A DNA stretch of 64,000 bases, from assembly GCA_910578145.1 (NCBI GenBank), contig CAJTPJ010000003.1, positions 11,556-75,555 of the forward strand. Reading direction: 5' to 3'. Both the position numbers and the translations under genes were made by a program. How positions within the stretch are numbered: position 1 is the stretch's first letter; each line of letters starts with the position of its first letter. The DNA is from an uncultured Christensenella sp. (GTDB lineage: Bacteria > Bacillota > Clostridia > Christensenellales > Borkfalkiaceae). Below, piece by piece: positions 17,483 through 26,000 of this stretch. The notes under the pieces were generated by a model that saw nothing but the letters and a program-made list of their open reading frames with translations, ran no database searches and was not told the DNA's origin.

Positions 17483-19307
17483 TTGCCTCACCTCCGTTGC
17501 CGTTAAACACTTCAAGCACCTTGCGCGAAAAATCTTCCACGGTACAGTCGCTGTCAATAATAACTCCGCTTTCGGCTAATTTTGCCGAGACCTTTGCGGT
17601 TAGCGGAATATCCAACCCAAGCGCTTTAAGCTCGTCCGCGCGGCTGAAAATTTTGGCGGGCGCGTCGCAGGCAAAAACCTTGCCTTCTGAAATTACGGCG
17701 GCTTGCGTACAGTTATCCGCAATTTCGTCCATATCGTGCGAAACAATAATTACAGTTTTGCACCATTCACGGTGAATTTTGTGCAACAGCTCCATTATTT
17801 CGTTTTTGCCTTTGGGGTCTAACCCCGCCGCAGGCTCGTCGAGTATAAGAATATGCGGCTTTGTGACAAGTACGCCGGCAATGGCTACGCGGCGTTTTTG
17901 CCCGCCAGACAAATCGAAAGGCGACTTGTCCTTAATTTCATAATAATCCAGCCCTACTATTTTTATGCTGTCTTCCACGGCTTGTGCTATCTCGTCGTCA
18001 GAAAGGTTTTTGTTGAAATTTTTTAAACCGAACGCCACGTCTTTAAAAACGGTTTCGGCAAACAGTTGATATTCGGGGTATTGGAACACCATACCCACGC
18101 TTGCGCGCAGGGCTTTAAAATCGCATTTTTTGTTGCTTAGCTCAAATTGCCCCACGGATATGCGCGAAATAACGGGTTCGGGTTGTCCTTTTTTAACCTT
18201 CTTTTTCCTGTATTTTTTCTCTGCCGTAGGCAATTTTATAAGCGCGTTAAGGTGCTGTATAAGCGTTGATTTGCCGCTGCCCGTGTGCCCTATAACGCCG
18301 AAAAAAGCACCGTCGTCTATATGCAGATTTACGCCGTTTAAAGCCTTGGTTGCAAAAGGCGATTTTTTGGAATAGGTATAAGTTAAATCTTTTATATCTA
18401 TATCCCACTCGTGCGGAGAATTTAACTTAAAAGGAGCATAAGGCGACGATTGCCCCCCGCATATGCCGCGGTTACTTAAGTTTTTTAATATTTCTTGCGC
18501 CAATTCGTCGGGATATAAAACGTTGTTAATACTCATTCCGCCGTCGCGCAAAGCGTTTGAAATTACGCTTATCCTCGGCAAAGAAAGGTTAAACGTTTCA
18601 AGCAAACCGCCGTTTTCAAAAATTTCCGCAGGCGTGCCCGTAAGCACTATTTCGCCCTTGTTCATAACCACGGTGCGGTCGGCAAGTAACGCCTCTTCCA
18701 TAAAGTGGGTAATGAGAATAACCGTTATGCCCTCTTCCTTATTTAGCCGCCTTACTACTTCTATAACCTCCGTTCTGCCCTTGGGGTCCAACATTGCGGT
18801 GGACTCGTCCAATATTAAAACGTCGGGTTTTACGGCAAGTACTCCGGCAACGGCTATGCGCTGTTTTTGCCCGCCCGAAAGCCGCGTGGGCGTTGAATTG
18901 CGGTATTTTTCCATACCCACAGCTTTAAGCGCCCAATCTATTCTTCTGCCAATTTCTTCCCGCTCGATACCCACGTTTTCAGGACCGAACGCCACGTCGT
19001 CCTCTACGATAGACGCAACCATTTGATTGTCGGGATTTTGGAAAACGATGCCTACGTGCTTGCGCACTTCCAGCGCGTTTCTGCCTTCCGCCAAATCCAT
19101 TCCCAGCACTTTAATTTTGCCGTCGTCAGGTTCTAAAAGCCCGTTAAAAAGGCGCGAAAGCGTAGATTTGCCGCTACCGTTATGACCGATTATTGATAAA
19201 AATTCACCCTTTTTAACTGCAAAACTTACGTTGTTAACAGCGAAAGTTGGACTTTCGGGGTATGAAAATTTAACGTTTTCGCACTCGATAATAAATTCTT
19301 CGGACAT
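17475..19307 (-). CDS. ecfA: Fused ECF transporter ATPase EcfA1-EcfA2 (two ABC domains in one polypeptide)
   Basis: Two complete ABC cassettes are present. The first has GHNGSGKST / LSGGQKQR / ILDEST. The second has GHTGSGKST / LSGGQKRR / ILDEPAAGLD. The second includes the lysine-rich insertion typical of EcfA2. The start at MSEEF (19307) is preferred over the upstream GTG at 19334. Confidence 0.85.
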   Translation of the reverse strand: MSEEFIIECENVKFSYPESPTFAVNNVSFAVKKGEFLSIIGHNGSGKSTLSRLFNGLLEPDDGKIKVLGMDLAEGRNALEVRKHVGIVFQNPDNQMVASIVEDDVAFGPENVGIEREEIGRRIDWALKAVGMEKYRNSTPTRLSGGQKQRIAVAGVLAVKPDVLILDESTAMLDPKGRTEVIEVVRRLNKEEGITVILITHFMEEALLADRTVVMNKGEIVLTGTPAEIFENGGLLETFNLSLPRISVISNALRDGGMSINNVLYPDELAQEILKNLSNRGICGGQSSPYAPFKLNSPHEWDIDIKDLTYTYSKKSPFATKALNGVNLHIDDGAFFGVIGHTGSGKSTLIQHLNALIKLPTAEKKYRKKKVKKGQPEPVISRISVGQFELSNKKCDFKALRASVGMVFQYPEYQLFAETVFKDVAFGLKNFNKNLSDDEIAQAVEDSIKIVGLDYYEIKDKSPFDLSGGQKRRVAIAGVLVTKPHILILDEPAAGLDPKGKNEIMELLHKIHREWCKTVIIVSHDMDEIADNCTQAAVISEGKVFACDAPAKIFSRADELKALGLDIPLTAKVSAKLAESGVIIDSDCTVEDFSRKVLEVFNGNGGEANA

Positions 19308-19421
19308 AATTTCCTTAAAAAATAATAAACTCACGTAAAATTATAACAAATTTCGCCGTGGTTTACAACAAATTATGGCAAGTATTTATATGATTTTTTT
19401 GTGACAAAGCAACTTACCCTG

Positions 19422-19450
19422 TTGACAATTATAGTTATAAGTATTATAAT
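19422..19450 (+). promoter_or_regulatory. Sigma-70-type promoter for PFOR
   Basis: TTGACA (19422-19427), a 17-nt spacer, and TATAAT (19445-19450), about 65 nt upstream of the start codon. Confidence 0.7.
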
Positions 19451-19514
19451 AAGGAAAGTGCAACAAGGTTGCGCTTAACGCTAAACTTATAAATTATTTA
19501 TCGGAGGTTTTTTG

Positions 19515-22500
19515 ATGAAAAAATTGACAATCGACGGCAATACCGCCGCGAGTCACGTTGCCTACGCCTTTTCCGAAGTAGCGGCAATATATCCCATTAC
19601 CCCCTCTTCGCCTATGGCGGAAGTTGCGGACGAATGGGCTACTGCGGGCAGAACCAATATGTGGGGGCAGAAAGTTAAGATTGCAGAAATGCAGTCGGAA
19701 GGCGGCGCGGCAGGCGCCGTGCACGGTTCGCTTTGCGCGGGCGCGCTTACCACTACTTACACCGCTTCGCAGGGTCTTTTATTGATGATTCCCAATATGT
19801 ATAAGATTTCCGGCGAGCTTATGCCTATGGTTATGCACGTTTCGGCGCGCGCGTTGGCGGCTCACTCCCTTAACATATTCGGCGACCACGCGGACGTTAT
19901 GGCTTGCCGCCAGACGGGTTTTGCAATGATTTGCGACGGCTCGGTACAGGAAGTTATGGATTTGGCGCTGGTTGCGCACCTTTCCACCTTAAAGACGAGA
20001 GTGCCTTTCATCAATTTCTTCGACGGTTTCAGAACCAGCCACGAAGTAGCTAAAATAGACGTTTGGGACGATGCGGACGACTATGCGGAAATCCGCGAAA
20101 TTTGCGCCGAAGCGGGAATTGAAGCCGATATTGCAGACTTTAAGTCGCGCTCGCTCAACCCCGAACACCCCATTCAGAAAGGTACCGCGCAAAACGGCGA
20201 CACCTATTTCCAGAACAGGGAAACCGCAAACAGCTACTACGCTGCCGCTCCCGCTATAGTTCAGGAAATGATGGACATCGTTTCCGCTAAATGCGGCAGA
20301 AAATACCACTTGTTCGACTACGTTGGCGCACCCGACGCGGACAAGGTTATAGTTTGTATGGGTTCGGGTTGCGAAACCATTGAAGAATCCATAAACAAAC
20401 TTAACGCTTCCGGTAAAAAATACGGTCTTGTAAAAGTACGCCTTTACCGCCCCTTCGTTGCGGACGCGTTTGTTGCGGCGCTTCCCGCTACCGCAAAGAG
20501 AATTGCCGTACTTGACAGAACGAAAGAGCCCGGCTCGCTTGGCGAACCTTTGTACCTTGACGTTTGCTCCGCGCTTATGGAAAAGGGCGTTAAAAACGTA
20601 AAGGTCGTAGGCGGCAGATACGGACTCGGCTCGAAAGAGTTTACCCCCTCTATGGTGCTTGCTGTTTATAAAAACCTTGAAAAGAAAGAGCCTAAAAACC
20701 ATTTCACCATAGGTATTTACGAGGACGTAACCAATTCCTCGCTTGATTTCTCGGTTAAGTTTGACGCCGCACCCGCAGGGTCTACCAGCTGTAAATTCTA
20801 CGGACTTGGTTCGGACGGTACGGTAGGCGCAAACAAAAACTCCATTAAAATTATAGGCGACCATACGGACAAGCACGCGCAGGCGTATTTCTTCTACGAC
20901 TCTAAAAAGTCGGGCGGCATCACCGTTTCCCACCTCCGTTTCGGCGACACGCCCATTCAGTCGGAATACCTTATAGACAGCGCGGACTTCGTTCAGTGCT
21001 CCAACCCCTCGTATATCACCCGCTACGATATGACGGGCGATATTAAAGAAGGCGGCACTTTCCTTATCAATACCGACGCTACCACGGTTAAGCAACTTGA
21101 AAAGTTCCTTCCTGCGAAGGTTAAAAAGGATATTGCAAGAAAGAATATTAATCTTTACGTTATCGACGCTATAAAAATTGCGGCGGAACTTGGACTTAAA
21201 GGCAGAACCAACACCATTTTGCAGTCTGCTTTCTTCCGCGTTAATCCCCAGATTATGCCCTACGACAAAGCTATAGAGTTTATGAAGTATATGGCTAAAA
21301 AGTCGTTTGGCAGAAAGGGCGACGCAGTCGTTCAGATGAACTACAACGCTATAGACGCGGCGGCGGGCGATAACCTTATTAAAATAGAAGTTCCCGCTTC
21401 GTGGAAAAACGCAAAGACGGGCGCGGAAATGGTTAAGGGCGCAGACAACGCTTACTATCAGGAAATTATTAAACCTATCCTTTACCTTGAAGGCGACAAA
21501 CTTAAATCTTCGCAGTTTAACGCAGACGGTCACGTACCTACCGGTACCACCAAGTACGAAAAACGCGGAGTTGCGGTATTAGTGCCCGAAATTATCAACG
21601 AAAAATGTATACAGTGCGGCACTTGCTCGTTCGTGTGCCCCCACGCTTGTTTGAGACCGGCTCTCGTTGCAAGCGGCAGTGAAAAGCCCGCTACGCTTAC
21701 CACGAAAGCGGCAATAGGCTTGCCCGGCTACGAATACAAGATGCAGGTTTCGCCCCTTGACTGTATGGGTTGCGGCGTGTGCGCTACCGTTTGCCCCGTA
21801 AAGGACGGCGGAGCTATAAAGATGGTTCCCATTGCCGAAGCGCTTAAAAAAGGCGAGGACAAAAACTGGGAATACGCTGCGGAACTTCCCGAAGTTGACA
21901 CTTCCAAGTTTAGAAAAACTACCGTAAAGGGTTGCCAATTTGCTACACCTTTGTTCGAGTTCTCGGGCGCGTGCGCAGGTTGCGGCGAAACTCCTTACGT
22001 AAAAGTTATAACCCAGCTTTTCGGCGAGGATATGGTTGTGGCAAACGCTACGGGTTGCTCGTCGATTTACGGCGGTTCTTCCCCCACCTGCCCTTACACC
22101 ACCAACAAAAACGGTCACGGTCCCGCGTGGGCAAACTCGCTGTTTGAGGACAACGCGGAATTCGGCTACGGTATGAACCTTGCTTACACCGCAAGAAGAA
22201 ACGCGATTAAGGGTAAAGTTGAAAAACTTGCCGCTATGTGGTCGGGCGAGGGCAAAGCGGTTTGCGACGCTTATCTTGCGGCGTTTGCAGACAGAGAGCC
22301 TTCAAAGAAAGCAAGCGAAGAGCTTTTGAAAGTACTTGAAGGTTGCAACAACTGCGGTTGCGAAGCCGACGGGTTGGTTGCCGAAATACTTAAAGATAAA
22401 GATTGCCTTGCTAAAAAATCTATTTGGATTTTCGGCGGCGACGGCTGGGCTTACGACATCGGCTACGGCGGACTTGACCACGTGCTTGCAAGCGGCGAGG

Positions 22501-23048
22501 ACGTAAACGTGCTGGTACTTGACACCGAAGTTTATTCCAACACGGGCGGACAGGCAAGTAAATCCACCAATATCGGCGCGGTTGCGAAGTTTGCTTCCGC
22601 AGGCAAGAGAATAAAGAAAAAGGATTTGGGTATGATTGCTAAATCCTACGGATACGTTTACGTGGCGCAGTGCGCTATGGGTTCGGACCCCGCGCAGTTC
22701 CTTAAAGCTATATCCGAGGCTGAAGCATACCACGGTCCTTCGATTATAATCTGCTACGCGCCTTGCATCAACCACGGCATAAATATGACTAAGAGCCAGC
22801 TTGAAGAAAAGGCGGCTGTTGACTGCGGTTATTGGCAGCTTTACAGATATAACCCCGACGGCGAAGTATTTAGCCTTGACAGCAAAGAACCCACCGGCGA
22901 TTACCAGGCATTCCTTGCAGGTGAAACCAGATACGCTTCGCTTGTAAAAACACAGGGCGAAGAAGTTGCGGGCGAGTTGTTCCGTCAAACCGAAGAATCT
23001 GCTAAACACAGACTTGAAGGTTACAAAAAACTTGCGGGCAAAGAATAA
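19515..23048 (+). CDS. nifJ: Pyruvate:ferredoxin (flavodoxin) oxidoreductase, single-polypeptide NifJ/PFOR type
   Basis: About 1177 aa. It contains two 4Fe-4S ferredoxin motifs (CIQCGTCSFVCPH and CMGCGVCATVCP) and a GDGWAYDIGYGGLDH TPP-binding region. The ATG at 19515 lies 7 nt after GGAGG. Confidence 0.95.
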   Translation: MKKLTIDGNTAASHVAYAFSEVAAIYPITPSSPMAEVADEWATAGRTNMWGQKVKIAEMQSEGGAAGAVHGSLCAGALTTTYTASQGLLLMIPNMYKISGELMPMVMHVSARALAAHSLNIFGDHADVMACRQTGFAMICDGSVQEVMDLALVAHLSTLKTRVPFINFFDGFRTSHEVAKIDVWDDADDYAEIREICAEAGIEADIADFKSRSLNPEHPIQKGTAQNGDTYFQNRETANSYYAAAPAIVQEMMDIVSAKCGRKYHLFDYVGAPDADKVIVCMGSGCETIEESINKLNASGKKYGLVKVRLYRPFVADAFVAALPATAKRIAVLDRTKEPGSLGEPLYLDVCSALMEKGVKNVKVVGGRYGLGSKEFTPSMVLAVYKNLEKKEPKNHFTIGIYEDVTNSSLDFSVKFDAAPAGSTSCKFYGLGSDGTVGANKNSIKIIGDHTDKHAQAYFFYDSKKSGGITVSHLRFGDTPIQSEYLIDSADFVQCSNPSYITRYDMTGDIKEGGTFLINTDATTVKQLEKFLPAKVKKDIARKNINLYVIDAIKIAAELGLKGRTNTILQSAFFRVNPQIMPYDKAIEFMKYMAKKSFGRKGDAVVQMNYNAIDAAAGDNLIKIEVPASWKNAKTGAEMVKGADNAYYQEIIKPILYLEGDKLKSSQFNADGHVPTGTTKYEKRGVAVLVPEIINEKCIQCGTCSFVCPHACLRPALVASGSEKPATLTTKAAIGLPGYEYKMQVSPLDCMGCGVCATVCPVKDGGAIKMVPIAEALKKGEDKNWEYAAELPEVDTSKFRKTTVKGCQFATPLFEFSGACAGCGETPYVKVITQLFGEDMVVANATGCSSIYGGSSPTCPYTTNKNGHGPAWANSLFEDNAEFGYGMNLAYTARRNAIKGKVEKLAAMWSGEGKAVCDAYLAAFADREPSKKASEELLKVLEGCNNCGCEADGLVAEILKDKDCLAKKSIWIFGGDGWAYDIGYGGLDHVLASGEDVNVLVLDTEVYSNTGGQASKSTNIGAVAKFASAGKRIKKKDLGMIAKSYGYVYVAQCAMGSDPAQFLKAISEAEAYHGPSIIICYAPCINHGINMTKSQLEEKAAVDCGYWQLYRYNPDGEVFSLDSKEPTGDYQAFLAGETRYASLVKTQGEEVAGELFRQTEESAKHRLEGYKKLAGKE

Positions 23049-23059
23049 GATATAAAATT

Positions 23060-23100
23060 AAAAATCCCCCTCCCGTTTACGGTAATTCCCATAGGGAATT
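23060..23100. repeat. Left arm of an imperfect inverted repeat (AAAATCCCCCTCCC-N11-TTCCCATAGGGAATT)
   Basis: It matches the reverse complement of 23583-23621 in two blocks (14/14 and 15/15) separated by a divergent 10-11-nt spacer. The inner block is itself a 7-3-7 palindrome, AATTCCC-ATA-GGGAATT. Confidence 0.8.
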
Positions 23101-23125
23101 TTATAAGACGCAAATAAAAAGATTT

Positions 23126-23151
23126 AGGCATAGCGTTAAGCTGTGCCTTTT
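23126..23151 (+). terminator. Probable intrinsic terminator of the PFOR transcript
   Basis: AGGCATAGC-GTTAA-GCTGTGCCT forms a 9-bp stem with one G-U pair, followed by TTTCTGTACTTTTTTT. Confidence 0.6.
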
Positions 23152-23236
23152 CTGTACTTTTTTTGTGGACGAACTCGGCTACTCGTAGCCTAGTGAGATA
23201 TAGATATGTTTTATATTTCCCGCAAAATTCAATCGG

Positions 23237-23265
23237 TTGCGTTCTTTCATTTTTCGTGATATAAT
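23237..23265 (+). promoter_or_regulatory. Sigma-70-type promoter for the 55-aa ORF
   Basis: TTGCGT (23237-23242), a 17-nt spacer, and TATAAT (23260-23265). Confidence 0.6.
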
Positions 23266-23307
23266 AATTGTACGATAAACAATAATTTACAAGTGAGGCG
23301 AGAAATT

Positions 23308-23475
23308 ATGAACACCGAAATTCGGGTTGCTATTGATAAATTTAAAGAGGTAAAAGATATATTAAAAAAATTTGATAGCAAAGATGAGGCAATAGAGTAT
23401 CTGGTCAATGAAACAAAATTATCAAAAGAAGAATGTTCTACTGCATACGACATTATTATTAAAATTGAAAATTAA
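23308..23475 (+). CDS. Small charged, probably helical protein of 55 aa (MNTEIRVAIDKFKEVKDILKKFDSKDEAIEYLVNETKLSKEECSTAYDIIIKIEN), function unknown
   Basis: ATG at 23308, 9 nt after GAGG. It has its own promoter upstream and a strong terminator downstream. The locus is AT-rich. I did not recognise a family. Confidence 0.55.
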   Translation: MNTEIRVAIDKFKEVKDILKKFDSKDEAIEYLVNETKLSKEECSTAYDIIIKIEN

Positions 23476-23509
23476 ATTTCAATTTATCCTTCTAAATAGT
23501 TTGTAGTAA

Positions 23510-23541
23510 AAAGCTCTCGAACATATCGTTCGAGAGCTTTT
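23510..23541 (+). terminator. Intrinsic terminator after the 55-aa ORF
   Basis: AAAGCTCTCGAAC-ATATC-GTTCGAGAGCTTT forms a stem of about 13 bp, followed by T. Confidence 0.75.
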
Positions 23542-23582
23542 GTCCTTGCTTGAAAGTATAACTCTTAATAATTTAGTTTTTT

Positions 23583-23621
23583 AATTCCCTATGGGAAGTG
23601 CGCATTTGGGAGGGGGATTTT
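23583..23621. repeat. Right arm of the imperfect inverted repeat (AATTCCCTATGGGAA-N10-GGGAGGGGGATTTT)
   Basis: It is the reverse complement of the left arm at 23060-23100. See that entry for details. Confidence 0.8.
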
Positions 23622-23673
23622 ATATTGCGTAATAATCTATAAAAGTTTTATTTTACTACACTTATACTTCGGT

Positions 23674-25206
23674 TTATTTTGAAATTTGGTAACCTTTGCG
23701 GGGGTTGTTTCTTATAAATATCTTATACCTAAAAGCATATAAAAGCGCGGCTATTGCTATTACCCCTATAACGGCGCAGGTAACACCCACGGTTACGGGC
23801 GAAATATCCAACAAGTCAAGACAGCGAACGTTAATCCACATTTGATTTATTTCACCCAGCTTATCGCCGAAATCCAGCATAACCACGCTTCGCGCTATTA
23901 CGCTTTCGGGCGGATATTGTGCAAACAACTGCCTGCCGCGGTTTATAGAATTATCGTCGCCGATATCAAAGCAACTTGCGTCGGCGGTTATAGAGTAGTT
24001 TTTACCGTCGCCGAAGAAATAATTTAAATCGTATTCAAAAGTTTCTTCCGCGTCCTCGTCAGCGGCGTAATTGTACTCGAGATAATCAAATACCGTTTGC
24101 CCCGCTATTGCCGAAGTGTAACCTATATAGTACATATTTCTTACGGCGTTGTCGGGGCGTGCAAGGAAATTAACGAATGCTTCCGCCGCCTCGTGCCGCC
24201 GTTCACTCCACTCCACGCCGTTTTTAAGTTTTATCCAACCGTCAAACCAAATATTCGTGCATTCTTCCGGAACGGAATACCAAAGCTCGGCGCCGTCCTC
24301 TTCCGCCTCGTCCATAATATACACGGCGTCGCCGGACCATTGCTCGTTTGCAACTACCTTTCCCGTAACCATATCGGCTTTGCCGCTGTCCGTTTCAAAC
24401 GAATACACGTTATCTTTTATGCGTTTTAAAATATCTTCCGCCGCGGCAATAGTTTCCGAGTCCGTGTCGTTCATAATCGCGCTAAGTTCTTCGGCAGCAA
24501 GTCCGCCGTTTTTTAACTTTTCATCGTTTAAAATACCCAAAGTTGCAAAATAAGCGTCGCGCACGTTGTCTTTTACCGTAACTTTTCTTGCGTATTTATC
24601 GTTTAACAGCATTGACCAGCTTGAAACGTCCTCTGCGTCAACCTCTTCGGGGTTGTAAACAAGCCCCAACGTTCCCCACATATAACAAGCGGCTTTACCG
24701 TGCCAGCCGTAGCCGTTGTAAATACTGCCCTCGTCGCCGTCGATATACCGCGAAACGTAATTTGCATAATAATTTTGTTCGTTATCCGCCCAGAAATCCG
24801 CCGTATAATCAACGTAATTGCCCTCGGCAATCAGCTTCATAATCATATAGTCGGAAGGACATACCAAATCGTAAACGTCACCCAAACTGAGACGGTTGTA
24901 TAAATCCTCGTTGGTGCCGAAAGTGGAATATTCAACCTGAACTTCATAATCGTGCGTGGAATTAAACCATTCCACAAAATCGTCCACCATAGAATTTTCG
25001 CCGAAAATGCCGTCCTCGGCGTATTCGTTGTCTATTTCAATGCGCTCTTCCTCGTCCCATTCGCCTAAATCGACGTATTCTTCCCAATTACAAACGCGAA
25101 GCACTATTTTATCTGTTGAGTTTGAACACGCGGAAAAGGTTAAAAGAGAAGCCGAGCCAACCGCCACAGCCGCGGCAACCGCCGCTATGCGCTTAATTTT
25201 TTTCAT
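23674..25206 (-). CDS. ABC transporter substrate-binding lipoprotein, PotD/PotF (polyamine) family-like, with an extra C-terminal TM anchor
   Basis: Lipobox LLTFSAC at the N-terminus. It has the overall features of a family-1 solute-binding protein, and it is the last gene of a potA-potB-potC-type operon. The C-terminus carries the hydrophobic helix VTVGVTCAVIGVIAIAALLYAF followed by basic residues. Substrate specificity cannot be determined from the sequence. Confidence 0.7.
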   Translation of the reverse strand: MKKIKRIAAVAAAVAVGSASLLTFSACSNSTDKIVLRVCNWEEYVDLGEWDEEERIEIDNEYAEDGIFGENSMVDDFVEWFNSTHDYEVQVEYSTFGTNEDLYNRLSLGDVYDLVCPSDYMIMKLIAEGNYVDYTADFWADNEQNYYANYVSRYIDGDEGSIYNGYGWHGKAACYMWGTLGLVYNPEEVDAEDVSSWSMLLNDKYARKVTVKDNVRDAYFATLGILNDEKLKNGGLAAEELSAIMNDTDSETIAAAEDILKRIKDNVYSFETDSGKADMVTGKVVANEQWSGDAVYIMDEAEEDGAELWYSVPEECTNIWFDGWIKLKNGVEWSERRHEAAEAFVNFLARPDNAVRNMYYIGYTSAIAGQTVFDYLEYNYAADEDAEETFEYDLNYFFGDGKNYSITADASCFDIGDDNSINRGRQLFAQYPPESVIARSVVMLDFGDKLGEINQMWINVRCLDLLDISPVTVGVTCAVIGVIAIAALLYAFRYKIFIRNNPRKGYQISK

Positions 25207-26000
25207 TTGCTACCCCCTTTCTTCTTGCTTGAAAGTACGTTCATAACTACAACGACCACGATAACGACCAGGAAAATAAGCGTTGAAAGCGCCCACAACG
25301 CGGTTTTAACTTCAGTTTGGCTGCCCTTGGTTGCGTTTACTACGTACGTGCTTATAGTATCGAAAGTAGAAGGTTTTGTGTAAGTCGTAACGAAATAATC
25401 GTCCAAAGAAAGGGTAACCGCAAGCATAAAACCCGCCATAATTCCGGGGATTAACTGCGGAATTACCACTTTAAACAGCGCCTGCGCGGGGGTTGCGCCC
25501 AAGTCGAGCGCAGCTTCGTATAAACTGTTGTCCATTTGTTTGAGTTTGGGCAGTATAGAAAGGTATACGAACGGCGCGGTAAGCACGATATGCCCTACGC
25601 CCAAGGGAATAAACGTATCCTTTCCCACCTGCATTATAACTATAAGCAGTATGCAAATTGAAAAGCCGGTAACTATATCCGCGTTTACCACGGGGATTTG
25701 GTTTGCCGAATTTAAAAGCGTTTTGGGTATTCTTTTGGAGTAAAACGAACCTATTGCGCCAAGCGTTGCAAGCACGGTGGAAATTGCCGCACAGACGAAC
25801 GCAAGGATAATAGTACCGAAAATCATATTCCGCAATTCCTCGTTTTTAAACAAATTAATATAGTTTTCAAACGAAAATCCGCTTACGCTGCCGCCAACCA
25901 TAGTGGCGTCAGTAAAACTGTAGACCGTTAAAACGAGAATGGGCACGTAGATAAACGCAAGCACGAGCGCAAGCCAAATAATATTAAGAGCCTTTTTCAT
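25203..26000 (-). CDS. ABC transporter permease (PotC-like)
   Basis: 265 aa with 6 TM helices and the EAA-loop motif YEAALDLGATPAQALFKVVIPQL. Confidence 0.85.
   Translation of the reverse strand: MKKALNIIWLALVLAFIYVPILVLTVYSFTDATMVGGSVSGFSFENYINLFKNEELRNMIFGTIILAFVCAAISTVLATLGAIGSFYSKRIPKTLLNSANQIPVVNADIVTGFSICILLIVIMQVGKDTFIPLGVGHIVLTAPFVYLSILPKLKQMDNSLYEAALDLGATPAQALFKVVIPQLIPGIMAGFMLAVTLSLDDYFVTTYTKPSTFDTISTYVVNATKGSQTEVKTALWALSTLIFLVVIVVVVVMNVLSSKKKGGSK

Noticed and set aside
19395-19420. A TGTGACAAAGCAAC sequence upstream of the PFOR promoter, considered as a possible CRP/Rex-type operator.
   Set aside because: It is not a convincing palindrome, because no matching TCACA half-site lies at the right spacing. 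I cannot support it as a binding site.
19989-23009. Very long antisense ORFs inside the PFOR gene (514 aa at 19989-21533, 179 aa at 21579-22118, 235 aa at 22302-23009, all on the minus strand).
   Set aside because: They lie wholly within, and antisense to, an unmistakable PFOR coding sequence. Their products are R/F/V/N-rich low-complexity strings with no motifs. Strong codon bias in a highly expressed gene commonly removes stop codons from an antisense frame.
23247-23453. 68-aa minus-strand ORF antisense to the 55-aa gene inside the inverted-repeat cassette.
   Set aside because: It has no RBS. The promoter, RBS and terminator signals all favour the plus-strand 55-aa frame. The product is an S/L/F/I-rich string typical of AT-rich noise.
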